Both the position numbers and the translations under genes were made by a program. Below are positions 38,229 to 49,211 of a stretch of 64,000 nt of DNA, in pieces. This stretch comes from Bifidobacterium breve (GTDB lineage: Bacteria; Actinomycetota; Thermoleophilia; Solirubrobacterales; Solirubrobacteraceae): NCBI GenBank assembly GCA_945889475.1, contig CAMDBT010000004.1, positions 12,914-76,913 of the forward strand, written 5' to 3'. The notes beneath the pieces were generated by a model, which did not search any database, was not told the DNA's origin, and saw nothing but the letters and a program-made list of their open reading frames with translations. The number at the start of each line of letters is the position of its first letter. Within the stretch, counting starts at the first letter, position 1.

Positions 38229-38807
38229 GTGGTGCAGCAGCGCCACTATCGGCTGCGCCACGATAACTTCGCGCGGGTCGTGATCTTCCACACCAGACCC
38301 CACCGAGCAGCCTGCGCGCTCTTCGCCGCGACCGTGCTGCTAGCCGCTGGCGGCTGCGGCGGCGACCACGAAGCGGGCGCTGATGATCAGCTGACTGGAA
38401 CGGTCTCGCGGGTCGTAGATGGCGACACGATCGTGGCCGATCTCGCTGGCCGCGAAGAGCGCGTGCGCTATATCGGCGTTGACGCGCCGGAGAGCGTCAA
38501 GCCGAACGCGAAGGTCGACTGCTTTGGCCCTGAGGCGAGCCGCGCCAACGAGCAACTGCTGCCGAGCGGCAGTCGAATTCGGCTTCTCGTCGGCGCCGAG
38601 CCCCGCGACCGCTACGGGCGCCTGCTGGCCTACGTTTACCGCAAAGATCGTGACGGCACGGAGCTATTCGTCAACGCCGAATTGGTCAAGCGCGGGCTCG
38701 CCGACACGCTGGCAATTGCGCCCAATACACGCCATGCGCGCGAATTCGCGCAGTTGCGAGTTTCCGCACGCCGCTCGGCGCTCGGCCTCTGGCGCTACTG
38801 CCGCTAA
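38229..38807 (+). CDS. thermonuclease (staphylococcal nuclease-like) family lipoprotein
   Basis: VVDGDTIV...RYIGVDAPE...YGRLLAYV SNase motifs and a lipobox-like LLAAGGC. The start is uncertain. Confidence 0.8.
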   Translation: MVQQRHYRLRHDNFARVVIFHTRPHRAACALFAATVLLAAGGCGGDHEAGADDQLTGTVSRVVDGDTIVADLAGREERVRYIGVDAPESVKPNAKVDCFGPEASRANEQLLPSGSRIRLLVGAEPRDRYGRLLAYVYRKDRDGTELFVNAELVKRGLADTLAIAPNTRHAREFAQLRVSARRSALGLWRYCR

Positions 38808-38818
38808 GATCGGCCTCG

Positions 38819-39064
38819 ATGGCTCCACACCTCCGTCAAAGTCTGCGCGACTTTGAGGCCAAGTTTCGTGCCGAAATCCACGCCGATCGCGTCCGTCGCC
38901 GCGAGATCAACCAGCGCGCGGAAACACGCATCCGCGTGCGGCGGCTCGATCGTCAGCACCGCCACGGCACGTTGCGCTTTGCGATGCTGGTGCTGCTCCT
39001 GATTGCCACCGCCGTGGTCGTCACGGTCGCGATGTTTGAAACGCTTTACATCGTTATGGGGTAG
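38819..39064 (+). CDS. small tail-anchored membrane protein, hypothetical
   Basis: 81 aa with a basic N-terminal half and a C-terminal TM ([20 protein letters not shown]). Codon bias is good. Its 3' end overlaps csrA by 11 nt (convergent). Confidence 0.45.
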   Translation: MAPHLRQSLRDFEAKFRAEIHADRVRRREINQRAETRIRVRRLDRQHRHGTLRFAMLVLLLIATAVVVTVAMFETLYIVMG

Positions 39065-39251
39065 CTCGCGCCGGGTCGACTTTGGTCGACTGCGCGTTGA
39101 CCTCAGCGTAAACCTCGTCGCGGTAGACCGGAACTTCGCGCGGCGCCTTGATGCCGAGCCGCACCTTCTCGCCCGCGACCGACAGCACGGTGATCTCGAT
39201 CTCATCACCGATCATGATGCTCTGATTGGTTTTCCTCGACAGGACAAGCAT
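39054..39251 (-). CDS. csrA: carbon storage regulator CsrA
   Basis: 65 aa. [48 protein letters not shown] matches the CsrA family almost residue for residue in the conserved core. GAGGAG lies upstream of the ATG. Confidence 0.85.
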   Translation of the reverse strand: MLVLSRKTNQSIMIGDEIEITVLSVAGEKVRLGIKAPREVPVYRDEVYAEVNAQSTKVDPARATP

Positions 39252-39394
39252 CGCCAGCGCTCCTCACGTAGTCCATCCTCGCTGCTTCGCGAACCTACCA
39301 GCGCCGCACTCCCTACCGCAAGTGGGACTCCCCGCGCCAGCTCGAGATGCCAGCCGACGTGTAGCCGCACCGCTCCGATAGGGTCAGGCGCCTA

Positions 39395-39967
39395 ATGGCT
39401 AGAAAATCTTTGAAACCACAACTCAACCAAATCCGCGTCTGGGTCGGCCAAGGTCGCACCGACGCATGGATCGCACACCAGCTTGAGGTTCCCGTCGCGC
39501 AGCTCGAAACCTTCAAACAAGAGTTCGAGCTAACTGGCTCCGAAGGAGCGGTCGCCGACTTCGACGAGGTGGTCGACCTACGCGCCGCCGATGATGCTCA
39601 GGTCGCTGCGGCGCTTGAGATCGAGGAAGCCGAGCAGGCCAAAGCGGCCGAGGAGGAGGCCCGGCTGCGCGCCGAGCGGATCGCTGCCGGCGAGGAAGAG
39701 CCGGACGACGCCGAATCGGATCAGGATGAGGACGGCGAAAACGGTGACGGCACGGGGCGCGCACGGCGCGGCCGCCGCGGCGGCCGCGGACGCCGGACCA
39801 AGACGCTCGAAGGCAGCTTCGACCACGGCGAAGAGGGCTACGGCCTATGGCTTGACCCGGCGATCGCCGAAAACGCGATCTACGCCGAGCACTGGGCGGG
39901 CAAGCGCTCAGTCACCGTGACCGTTGAGGCAGACAGGATCGTTATCCGCCGCGCCGACGACGACTGA
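39395..39967 (+). CDS. hypothetical protein with acidic linker and RG-rich box
   Basis: 190 aa: an N-terminal helical region, an E/D/A-rich linker, GRARRGRRGGRGRR, and a C-terminal region ending RSVTVTVEADRIVIRR. Confidence 0.6.
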   Translation: MARKSLKPQLNQIRVWVGQGRTDAWIAHQLEVPVAQLETFKQEFELTGSEGAVADFDEVVDLRAADDAQVAAALEIEEAEQAKAAEEEARLRAERIAAGEEEPDDAESDQDEDGENGDGTGRARRGRRGGRGRRTKTLEGSFDHGEEGYGLWLDPAIAENAIYAEHWAGKRSVTVTVEADRIVIRRADDD

Positions 39968-39978
39968 TCCCGGATCCT

Positions 39979-40248
39979 CTAGCGCCAATAGTTGTTGGCT
40001 GCTGCGATCGTCGCGAACTCAGTCGCAACCGTCAGTCCGATCGCAGCCAAGACGGCGGAATCTTCTGCATAGATCGGACGCAGCTTCTCGCGCACTTCAG
40101 CGTCGGGCTGGGTGAGCTTGATGATCAGGCGCGACATCTTGACTGCAAGCGCCCGCCCTTCTTCTGGCGTCTCGGTGATCAACGAGTTCCCCGGGACCAG
40201 TTGGATTGGATCGGCAGCCGTGTCGCTCATTGCGATCTTGTACCGCAT
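39979..40248 (-). CDS. hypothetical protein
   Basis: 89-aa ORF with acceptable codon bias and no recognised domain. It may start at the internal Met (MSDTAADP). Confidence 0.45.
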   Translation of the reverse strand: MRYKIAMSDTAADPIQLVPGNSLITETPEEGRALAVKMSRLIIKLTQPDAEVREKLRPIYAEDSAVLAAIGLTVATEFATIAAANNYWR

Positions 40249-40326
40249 TGATCTCCGCTACGCAAGCGCGCCCTGGCGCGACCAACGGAGCCCGAATCCG
40301 AGCTACGCAGCGCGGCGCCGATCTCC

Positions 40327-40656
40327 TCACCGGCGAGGCTGACGCTGTAAGCGTCGCCCGCCAGCAAAATCAACCGCGCCGCGCACGTAGCGGCCGTAGG
40401 CGGCGTCGGCGACGCGCGCATCCCAGGCCTGCGGCAGCTCCGGTTCGAGCCGCAGCGCCAGCTCCATGCACCACGAGCTGTCCTGCTCGTAGTGCTCGAC
40501 GAGCTCATCAACCGTGAAGGAGCCACCGAGCCGGCGACGCAGCTCGGCGACGAGCGCCTCTTCTACGCGCAGCAGCGCGGCCTGCTCGGCCGCTGGTGCA
40601 GCGGCCAGCACCCGTTCTCCTTCGCGCCACTGCTCGATCGCTGTCTCAAACGGCAC
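40327..40656 (-). CDS. hypothetical protein
   Basis: 109-aa ORF downstream of ftsB on the same strand. No recognised domain. Confidence 0.5.
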   Translation of the reverse strand: MPFETAIEQWREGERVLAAAPAAEQAALLRVEEALVAELRRRLGGSFTVDELVEHYEQDSSWCMELALRLEPELPQAWDARVADAAYGRYVRGAVDFAGGRRLQRQPRR

Positions 40657-40680
40657 GCGGCGGAGCGTAGCGCCGGCGCT

Positions 40681-41058
40681 CTAGCGGCTATCCGGAAGAC
40701 CGTTGACGACGTAGGCCTTTTCGCCCGGCCTGACCATCCCCAGGCTGCGCGCCTCGCGCTCCAGCGCGGCCGGGTTCTTCAACGCCTCACCGCGCTTGGT
40801 CAGTAGATCGTGCTCGCGCTGAAGCTTCGTAAGCTCAACTTGGCGCGCTGTCGCCTCGCCCCGAGCCGACAAGATTGCGGCCAGCGGGCGCAGGTACAGC
40901 AGCACAACAAGAACGCAGACGCCAAGCACGACAAAGCGGCCAATCCGATCCCAGCGAATCCCGACGTAGCCGACCGGCCGCCCTTCAATCAGCCGCGGCC
41001 GTGGCAACAGCGGGCGACGATCTGGCCGTTGGCGCAGACTTGCGCTGCGTGAAGTCAT
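40681..41058 (-). CDS. ftsB: septum formation initiator family protein (FtsB/DivIC-like)
   Basis: One TM followed by a coiled coil (ATARQVELTKLQREHDLLTKRGEALKNPAALEREARSLGMVRPGE). It sits in the conserved position just downstream of eno. Confidence 0.75.
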   Translation of the reverse strand: MTSRSASLRQRPDRRPLLPRPRLIEGRPVGYVGIRWDRIGRFVVLGVCVLVVLLYLRPLAAILSARGEATARQVELTKLQREHDLLTKRGEALKNPAALEREARSLGMVRPGEKAYVVNGLPDSR

Positions 41059-41129
41059 AAGCGCACGTTCGTCGCCGCGGACAGAACTCCTTTACGGCAG
41101 ATCTTCGTGCGCGATCGGCCGCGCGGCGA

Positions 41130-43189
<2,060 letters not shown>

Positions 43190-43231
43190 AACGCGAACGC
43201 TAGCGCTGCGAGGCGGAGCGGTGCTCGGCGA

Positions 43232-44386
43232 TCAGCCGCCGGGTGGCGGCTCGACAGGTGCCGGCGGCTCGCCCGCGGGAGTCGCTGGCGTCTTCGGCGC
43301 TTTGTAGTTGTTGCAGTCGGCGACGATGTAGCCGGTCTGACACTCGGTCAGCTCCTTCCAACGCGTCTGGTACGACTTGCCGAAGGCGGCTAGCGACTTC
43401 TGCGACTTCTCGGAGATGACAATTTCCTTGATCGACTTCTTGGCCTGCGCTTCGCTTTGGACCTTCTTCTCGGTCTCCTTCGTGACCTCGAAGAGGTAGT
43501 AGCCGAGGCTGGTCTTGACCGGGCCTTCGACCTTGTTCAGCGGCGCGCTGAAGATCGCCTTGTCGAAAGCGTCTTCTTGCGAACCTTGCGCAACCGCTGG
43601 CAGCTTGCCGCCAGCCTCCTTCGAAGTGTCGTCAATCGAGTACTTCTTAGCGACCGATGCGAACGAAGCTCCGCCCTCAAGCGCCGCCTTGGCCTTCTCG
43701 GCCTCGGCCTCAGTCTTCGTCAGAACCACGTTCAGATCGCGCGTTGCTGGCTGCGTGAACTGCTCTAGGTTCTTCTTGTAGTAGGCCGAAATCTCATCCG
43801 GCGAGGCCGTCTTGGAAGCCTTCTGAACCTTCTCAGTGATCTTCGTTTCCAGCGTCTGCGAGCGCTGGCGGAACAGCAGGTCGGCCTCGGTCTGGCCGGA
43901 GCTCTTGAGGAAGTCGGCGTACCCCTTGGCATCCGGGAAGGCCTGCTTGCGGGCCTTGTCGAACTCAGCCTTGACCGCGGCGTCGGTGACGTGGATACCG
44001 TCCTCGTTGGCTTGCAGTTCTAGCCAGGTCGAACGGATTAGGAAGGTCATGACCTGATCTTTGAGCTGCGTGAACTGGTCGGCGCACTGCTTCTTGTAGT
44101 CGGCGTCGCTTGGGTCGGGCTGACCCTTGACCGGTTCAGGCGCGGCCTTCTTCTTGGCGGCGATGCAGTCCAAATACTTTGGCGGGTCCGGCACTCCTGC
44201 GCCTTGCGCAGTTGGGTCCTGGGAAGCGTTGGCGGCCACGGAAACCCAGTGGTTGAATGTCGTCTTGGAGATCGTCGTTCCATCGATCGAGGCAACATCA
44301 CTATCGGATACGCCGCCGCATGACGCGATGGCAAGGGCTGAGATGGCTGCGGCGCCGAGCGCCAGATAGCGTTTAGATTGGTTCAT
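43232..44386 (-). CDS. peptidylprolyl isomerase (parvulin/SurA-PrsA-like) lipoprotein
   Basis: I trimmed to ATG at 44386. Lipobox LAIASC and a parvulin domain near the C-terminus (SFASVAKKYSIDDTSKEAGGKL...SLGYYLFEV). Confidence 0.8.
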   Translation of the reverse strand: MNQSKRYLALGAAAISALAIASCGGVSDSDVASIDGTTISKTTFNHWVSVAANASQDPTAQGAGVPDPPKYLDCIAAKKKAAPEPVKGQPDPSDADYKKQCADQFTQLKDQVMTFLIRSTWLELQANEDGIHVTDAAVKAEFDKARKQAFPDAKGYADFLKSSGQTEADLLFRQRSQTLETKITEKVQKASKTASPDEISAYYKKNLEQFTQPATRDLNVVLTKTEAEAEKAKAALEGGASFASVAKKYSIDDTSKEAGGKLPAVAQGSQEDAFDKAIFSAPLNKVEGPVKTSLGYYLFEVTKETEKKVQSEAQAKKSIKEIVISEKSQKSLAAFGKSYQTRWKELTECQTGYIVADCNNYKAPKTPATPAGEPPAPVEPPPGG

Positions 44387-44429
44387 AAGTTCCTCGATAA
44401 TAGGCAGTCGGCGCTTGCTGCGCGCCACG

Positions 44430-47400
44430 CTAACCCGATTGACGGCTAAGAGCGAGAAGCACGGTAGCGACTGAGGCGATCACCGTCAGCCGCTCGGCGC
44501 CGTCTGCCGGCAGCGACAGCGAGAGCTGCGCGCGGCCCGGCTCGTACTTGGCCTGCGGTAGTTCCCGCGCCAGCGACTGCTGCTGCTGCTGGTCGAAGTC
44601 GAGTGGCGTAACGGCCATTCGCTCGCCACGGATTGTGACCGCGCCGGCTCCAGCCTGCCCAAGCTTGATCCGCGCCTGCTGCAACACAATCAAGTTCGCG
44701 AGCTCCTCTGGCAATGGCCCAAAGCGGTCAACTAGGTCGTCGCTCAGCAGCACTAGGTCGGCAACCTCACGGCTAGCCGCAATGCGGCGATGAACGTCGA
44801 TCTTGGCCTGCTCGTAAGCGATGTAATCGGTCGGTATGTACGCGTCAACGTCAACGTCAAAGCGCACCGGGTCGTAATCGTCATCGGCTGAGGAAGGCGG
44901 ACCGGCGGCGCGCACCGCCTCGTCAAGCATCGATAGGTAAAGCTCAAATCCGAGCGCCGCGACGTGGCCCGACTGCTCGTCGCCTAGCAGGTTGCCGGCG
45001 CCACGAATCTCGAGGTCGCGGATCGCGATCTTGAAGCCGGCACCGAGCTCGGTGTAGTCGGAGAGTGCGCTCAGCCGGCGCGTCGCCTCCTCGCTTAGCG
45101 CAGCGGCGCTGGGGTACAGCAGGTAGGCGTAGGCGCGCTCGCGGCTGCGCCCGACGCGGCCACGGATTTGGTACAGCTGAGCGAGCCCGAAGCGATCGGC
45201 GCGCTCGACGATCAGCGTGTTGGCTTGAGGGATATCGATCCCTGATTCGATAATGCTTGTCGAAACTAAGACGTCGCTCTGGCCGCGCAGGAAGCGCATC
45301 ATCCGCTGCTCGAGATCATGCTCGCCTAGCTGCCCATGAGCTACATCGAATGTCAGCTCCGGGCAGAGGCCGCGCAACCGCTCCGCGGTCTCGTCGATCG
45401 TTTCAACGCGGTTGTGGAGGAAAAATGACTGCCCGCCACGCTGATGCTCGCGCTCCAGCGCCAGCCGAACCAGCTCCTCGTCGTATTCGCCGACAAAGGT
45501 CTTGACAGGCCTGCGACCCTCGGGCGGGGTTGCGATCACGCTGATGTCGCGCATTCCCGCCAGCGACATCTGCAGCGTGCGCGGGATCGGCGTCGCACTC
45601 ATCGCAATCACGTCGACTCGTAGCTTCAACTGCCGCAGCAGCTCCTTCTGTTTGACGCCGAAGCGCTGCTCCTCGTCGACAACCAGCAGCCCTAGATCCT
45701 TCGGCCTGATGTCGCGCCCGAGCAGGCGATGGGTGCCGATCAAGATGTCGGTCTTACCCTCGTTGAAGTTGGTCACCGATGCGCGCTGATCGGCCGCGCT
45801 GCGCAGCCGGCTAACAACGTCAACGGTGATCGGAAAGTCCTCGAGCCGCTCAGAGAAGGTGCCGAAGTGCTGCTGAGCGAGAATCGTCGTCGGCGCCAGC
45901 ACCAAGACCTGGGCGCCTTCGCCGGCGGCCTTGAACGCTGCGCGCAGCGCAACCTCGGTCTTGCCGTAACCGACGTCGCCACAGATCAAACGATCCATCG
46001 GCCGCGGCCTCTGCATATCTTGCTTGACGGCCTCGATCGCCGACGCTTGATCGGCCGTCTCCTGCCACGGGAAGCGCGACTCAAAGTCGAGCTGCCACTC
46101 GGAGTCCTCCGCAAAGGCGCGGCCTTCGCGGCGGCGGCGTTCGGAGTAGAGGTTGAGAAGCTCGCCGGCGAGCCCCTCCGCCGCCTTGCGGGCTCGCGCT
46201 TTGAGCGTCTCCCATCCTTTGCCGCCGAGCTTTGAGAGCTTCGGCGCAAGGTCGCCGGCGCCGATGTAGCGCGTGATCTTCGCCAGCTGATCGACCGGCA
46301 TGAATACACGATCACCGTCGGCGTATTCGAGCTCTAGGTAGTCGCGCGTGATCTCGCTTACGGTCTTCGTCTCAAAGCCAGCGAAGCGAGCGACGCCGTG
46401 GTCCTCATGGACGACTGTGTCGCCGGTGCGCAGCTCGAAGAGCGAAGCGAAGCGGCCGAGCCGTTCGGGCTGATCGTCGCTGCGCCCGACGCGACGCCGG
46501 CGGAAGAGCCTGCGCTCCGGGATCACGGCCAGCTTTGCACCGGCAGCGACGAAGCCGTTGCGCAGCGCTGCGAGCGCGAACAGCAGCCTGCCCTCGGAAG
46601 CGTCGCGTAGATCTGCGTCTTCGATCCAAGCGGCCGAAAGCCGCGCGAGGTTGTGCGCCACGCGTTCGCCTTCCCCGCGGCGCGAGAAGGCGACGACCGT
46701 CTCGTAACCACTGCGCACAAGGCTCTCGAGCTCCGGCTCGGCCTCAGCCAGCGATTGCGCCGAAAAGTCGGCGGCCTGCGCGTGCAGCTCGATCTTCTGG
46801 CCTGAGAGCAGCGACGAGATCGTCGCCGCCGAACGCTCAGCGAGCGCCGCCTGGACTACCTCCGGGGCAACGTAAAGATGATGGGCGTCGCTGTCGTGGA
46901 AGGCCGCGCAGACGTCCTGCCAGTGGTCACCGAGTGCCGGAGCGATCTCCTCCGCCGCGCCCACGACGACCAGGGCCTCGGCTGGCACGAGGTCGAGCAG
47001 CGCCTCGAATCGATCGACGGGGAGCAGATCGGCAATATCTGGGCGCTCGTCGGCGTCGCTGAGCGCAGCGATCTCGGCCAGCTCACGGTGCTCGGCCGCC
47101 AGTTCAGCGGCCGGGGCGATCTCGACCAGCTCAATTTCGCCGAGCGCTCGCGGGGTGCAGGTCGAGAAGTGGCGCAGCGACTCGATCTCGATGTCGAAGC
47201 AGTCGACGCGCACGGCGTGCTCTTCGGTCGCCGGAAAGCAGTCAAGGATCCCGCCGCGGATTGCGAACTGGCCGCGCTCAGAGACCTCTGAGACGCGCTC
47301 GTAGCCGGCCGCTATGAGTTCTACTGCCACCTCGTCAAGCTCGATTAGGTCGCCCTTGCGGAGCGTGAAGCCGTGCGGGCGCAGGGCCGGGTCCGGCACC

Positions 47401-47780
47401 TTCTCCGACAATGCGACGGCTGAGACAACAATCACCGGCGGCTCTGGCTGATCTGAATCGAGCAGCGCGTCGAGCGCAGCAACGCGCAGACCGACGAGGT
47501 GCGGCGGCGGAGCGAGGTGCGATTCGTAGGTGACGCCCCGACTGGGGTAGAAGCGGACCAGCCGCGGCGCCAGCCAGACACCGAGCTCGGCCGCCAGCGC
47601 CTGAGCTTCGCTGTCGTCGCCGGCGACAACGATCGCCGGCTTGCTCGCCTTGTCGTCAAGCAGCGCTGCGATCGCGTAGGGCCTTAGTGAGCGTGAGACG
47701 AAGGCCTCGCCGCCATCGCTCAGCAGCTTCGCGCCCTGCGGGTCGGCCGCCAGAGCCCCGAGCAAACCCCTCAGCGACAC
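44430..47780 (-). CDS. mfd: transcription-repair coupling factor
   Basis: 1116 aa with a CarD-like domain (GDTVVHEDHGVARF), helicase motifs (GDVGYGKTEVA, DEEQRFG) and a TRCF C-terminal domain. Confidence 0.95.
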   Translation of the reverse strand: MSLRGLLGALAADPQGAKLLSDGGEAFVSRSLRPYAIAALLDDKASKPAIVVAGDDSEAQALAAELGVWLAPRLVRFYPSRGVTYESHLAPPPHLVGLRVAALDALLDSDQPEPPVIVVSAVALSEKVPDPALRPHGFTLRKGDLIELDEVAVELIAAGYERVSEVSERGQFAIRGGILDCFPATEEHAVRVDCFDIEIESLRHFSTCTPRALGEIELVEIAPAAELAAEHRELAEIAALSDADERPDIADLLPVDRFEALLDLVPAEALVVVGAAEEIAPALGDHWQDVCAAFHDSDAHHLYVAPEVVQAALAERSAATISSLLSGQKIELHAQAADFSAQSLAEAEPELESLVRSGYETVVAFSRRGEGERVAHNLARLSAAWIEDADLRDASEGRLLFALAALRNGFVAAGAKLAVIPERRLFRRRRVGRSDDQPERLGRFASLFELRTGDTVVHEDHGVARFAGFETKTVSEITRDYLELEYADGDRVFMPVDQLAKITRYIGAGDLAPKLSKLGGKGWETLKARARKAAEGLAGELLNLYSERRRREGRAFAEDSEWQLDFESRFPWQETADQASAIEAVKQDMQRPRPMDRLICGDVGYGKTEVALRAAFKAAGEGAQVLVLAPTTILAQQHFGTFSERLEDFPITVDVVSRLRSAADQRASVTNFNEGKTDILIGTHRLLGRDIRPKDLGLLVVDEEQRFGVKQKELLRQLKLRVDVIAMSATPIPRTLQMSLAGMRDISVIATPPEGRRPVKTFVGEYDEELVRLALEREHQRGGQSFFLHNRVETIDETAERLRGLCPELTFDVAHGQLGEHDLEQRMMRFLRGQSDVLVSTSIIESGIDIPQANTLIVERADRFGLAQLYQIRGRVGRSRERAYAYLLYPSAAALSEEATRRLSALSDYTELGAGFKIAIRDLEIRGAGNLLGDEQSGHVAALGFELYLSMLDEAVRAAGPPSSADDDYDPVRFDVDVDAYIPTDYIAYEQAKIDVHRRIAASREVADLVLLSDDLVDRFGPLPEELANLIVLQQARIKLGQAGAGAVTIRGERMAVTPLDFDQQQQQSLARELPQAKYEPGRAQLSLSLPADGAERLTVIASVATVLLALSRQSG

Positions 47781-47790
47781 GGCGGCGCCC

Positions 47791-48393
47791 CTAGGCCGAG
47801 CCGCTCAACGCGACCTCGCCGAGCACGATCTGCTCAGCCAAGTCACTGGCTGCGCCAACCAGCGCGTTGACCTCGGCTTCCGGCTGCTGCCAGCGGCCGA
47901 GCACGTAGTCGGAGACGCTCGCCGAATCGCTTGCAGGTGGCCGCCCCACGCCGATCCGCAGTCGGCCGAACTGCTCAGAACCAAAGCCTTTGCGCAGCGA
48001 CGCTAGCCCGTTGTGGCCGGCGAGGCCGCCGCCGAGCCGTGCCTGCAACCGACCGAACGGAAGGTCTATCTCATCGTGGATCACAAGCACGTGGTCGAGC
48101 TCGAGCTTCAGTGACCCGCGCGCCGGGCCAGCAGAGGTTCCCGACTCGTTCATGTAGGTCAGCGGCTCTAGCAAGGCAACGCGAACCGTCGGACCGCCCA
48201 GCGGTCCCACGCGACCGCTCACGATCAGCCCCTTGAAACCCTTCTTCGGGCGTCCTAGATCCCAGCGCGTAGCGAGCGCTGAGATCACCTGGAAGCCAAC
48301 GTTGTGCGGCGTCCATGCGTAGCCCGCACCAGGGTTGCCAAGGCCAACTATCAGCCAGTCGACAGGTTCAGAGCGAGAGAAGAAGCGGCCCAC
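47791..48393 (-). CDS. pth: peptidyl-tRNA hydrolase
   Basis: LIVGLGNPGAGYAWTPHNVGF and GHNGLAS motifs. Confidence 0.9.
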   Translation of the reverse strand: MGRFFSRSEPVDWLIVGLGNPGAGYAWTPHNVGFQVISALATRWDLGRPKKGFKGLIVSGRVGPLGGPTVRVALLEPLTYMNESGTSAGPARGSLKLELDHVLVIHDEIDLPFGRLQARLGGGLAGHNGLASLRKGFGSEQFGRLRIGVGRPPASDSASVSDYVLGRWQQPEAEVNALVGAASDLAEQIVLGEVALSGSA

Positions 48394-48422
48394 AGTTTCG
48401 ATGCTACGGCGCGGAGCGCGGA

Positions 48423-49145
48423 CTAGCCAGCGTCGTCGCCGGACTCGCCGCCCGACTCGTCGCCGCCACCGCTGCCGCCACCGTCACCGCTGTCGCCGCC
48501 GTCACCCTCTTCGCCGGCACCCTCGATCGGCTCGCCATCCTCGCCGATCAGTTCGGTCTCCTCTTCGATCGTCTCTTCGACCTCGAGCCGCGGAGCTAGC
48601 ATCGACACGACGACGAGATCCTCGTCGTCGAGCAGCGTTACACCTGCCGGAACGACCGCGGTATTGAGTGAAGCGGTCTCGCCGATGTTCAGCTCTGCGA
48701 CCGAGATTTCGATCGATTCAGGAATATCGTTCGGCAGCGCCTCAACATGAACTTCGCGAATCGGCTGGTCGACGACGCCACCTGCGACGACGCCGGGCGA
48801 CTCGTCGGCGCCGAAAATAATCAGCGGCACGACAGCTTGGATTGCAACCTTGAGGTTCACGCGCACGAAGTCAACGTGCGTCATCTCACCGCGCACCGGG
48901 TGGCGCTGAGCTTCCTTCAGAACAGCCGGCGCGCTTGTTCCATCGACTACGAGATCGACAACAGCGCCGGAAGCGTGGAGCGCGGCGCGAAGCTCGCGGC
49001 CATCGACCGAAAACGCGATCGGCTCGCCCTCGCCGCCGTAGAGAACACCAGGAACCTGGCCGTCACGGCGGAGCCTGCGGGTGGCGCGCGAACCGTGCGG
49101 CTGGCGTGGAGCGGCGTTGAGTGTTGAGTTCGTCGGTTGAGCCAT
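48423..49145 (-). CDS. rplY: 50S ribosomal protein L25/general stress protein Ctc, with acidic G/D/E-rich tail
   Basis: RRLRRDGQVPGVLYG followed by the Ctc beta-barrel domains. Conserved position next to pth. Confidence 0.9.
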   Translation of the reverse strand: MAQPTNSTLNAAPRQPHGSRATRRLRRDGQVPGVLYGGEGEPIAFSVDGRELRAALHASGAVVDLVVDGTSAPAVLKEAQRHPVRGEMTHVDFVRVNLKVAIQAVVPLIIFGADESPGVVAGGVVDQPIREVHVEALPNDIPESIEISVAELNIGETASLNTAVVPAGVTLLDDEDLVVVSMLAPRLEVEETIEEETELIGEDGEPIEGAGEEGDGGDSGDGGGSGGGDESGGESGDDAG

Positions 49146-49211
49146 CAGCGGCGCTCGATGGTAGCGGGATCGCCGAGCGCAGGCGCCCTGGCGGGCAGCA
49201 ATGCAGCTCGG

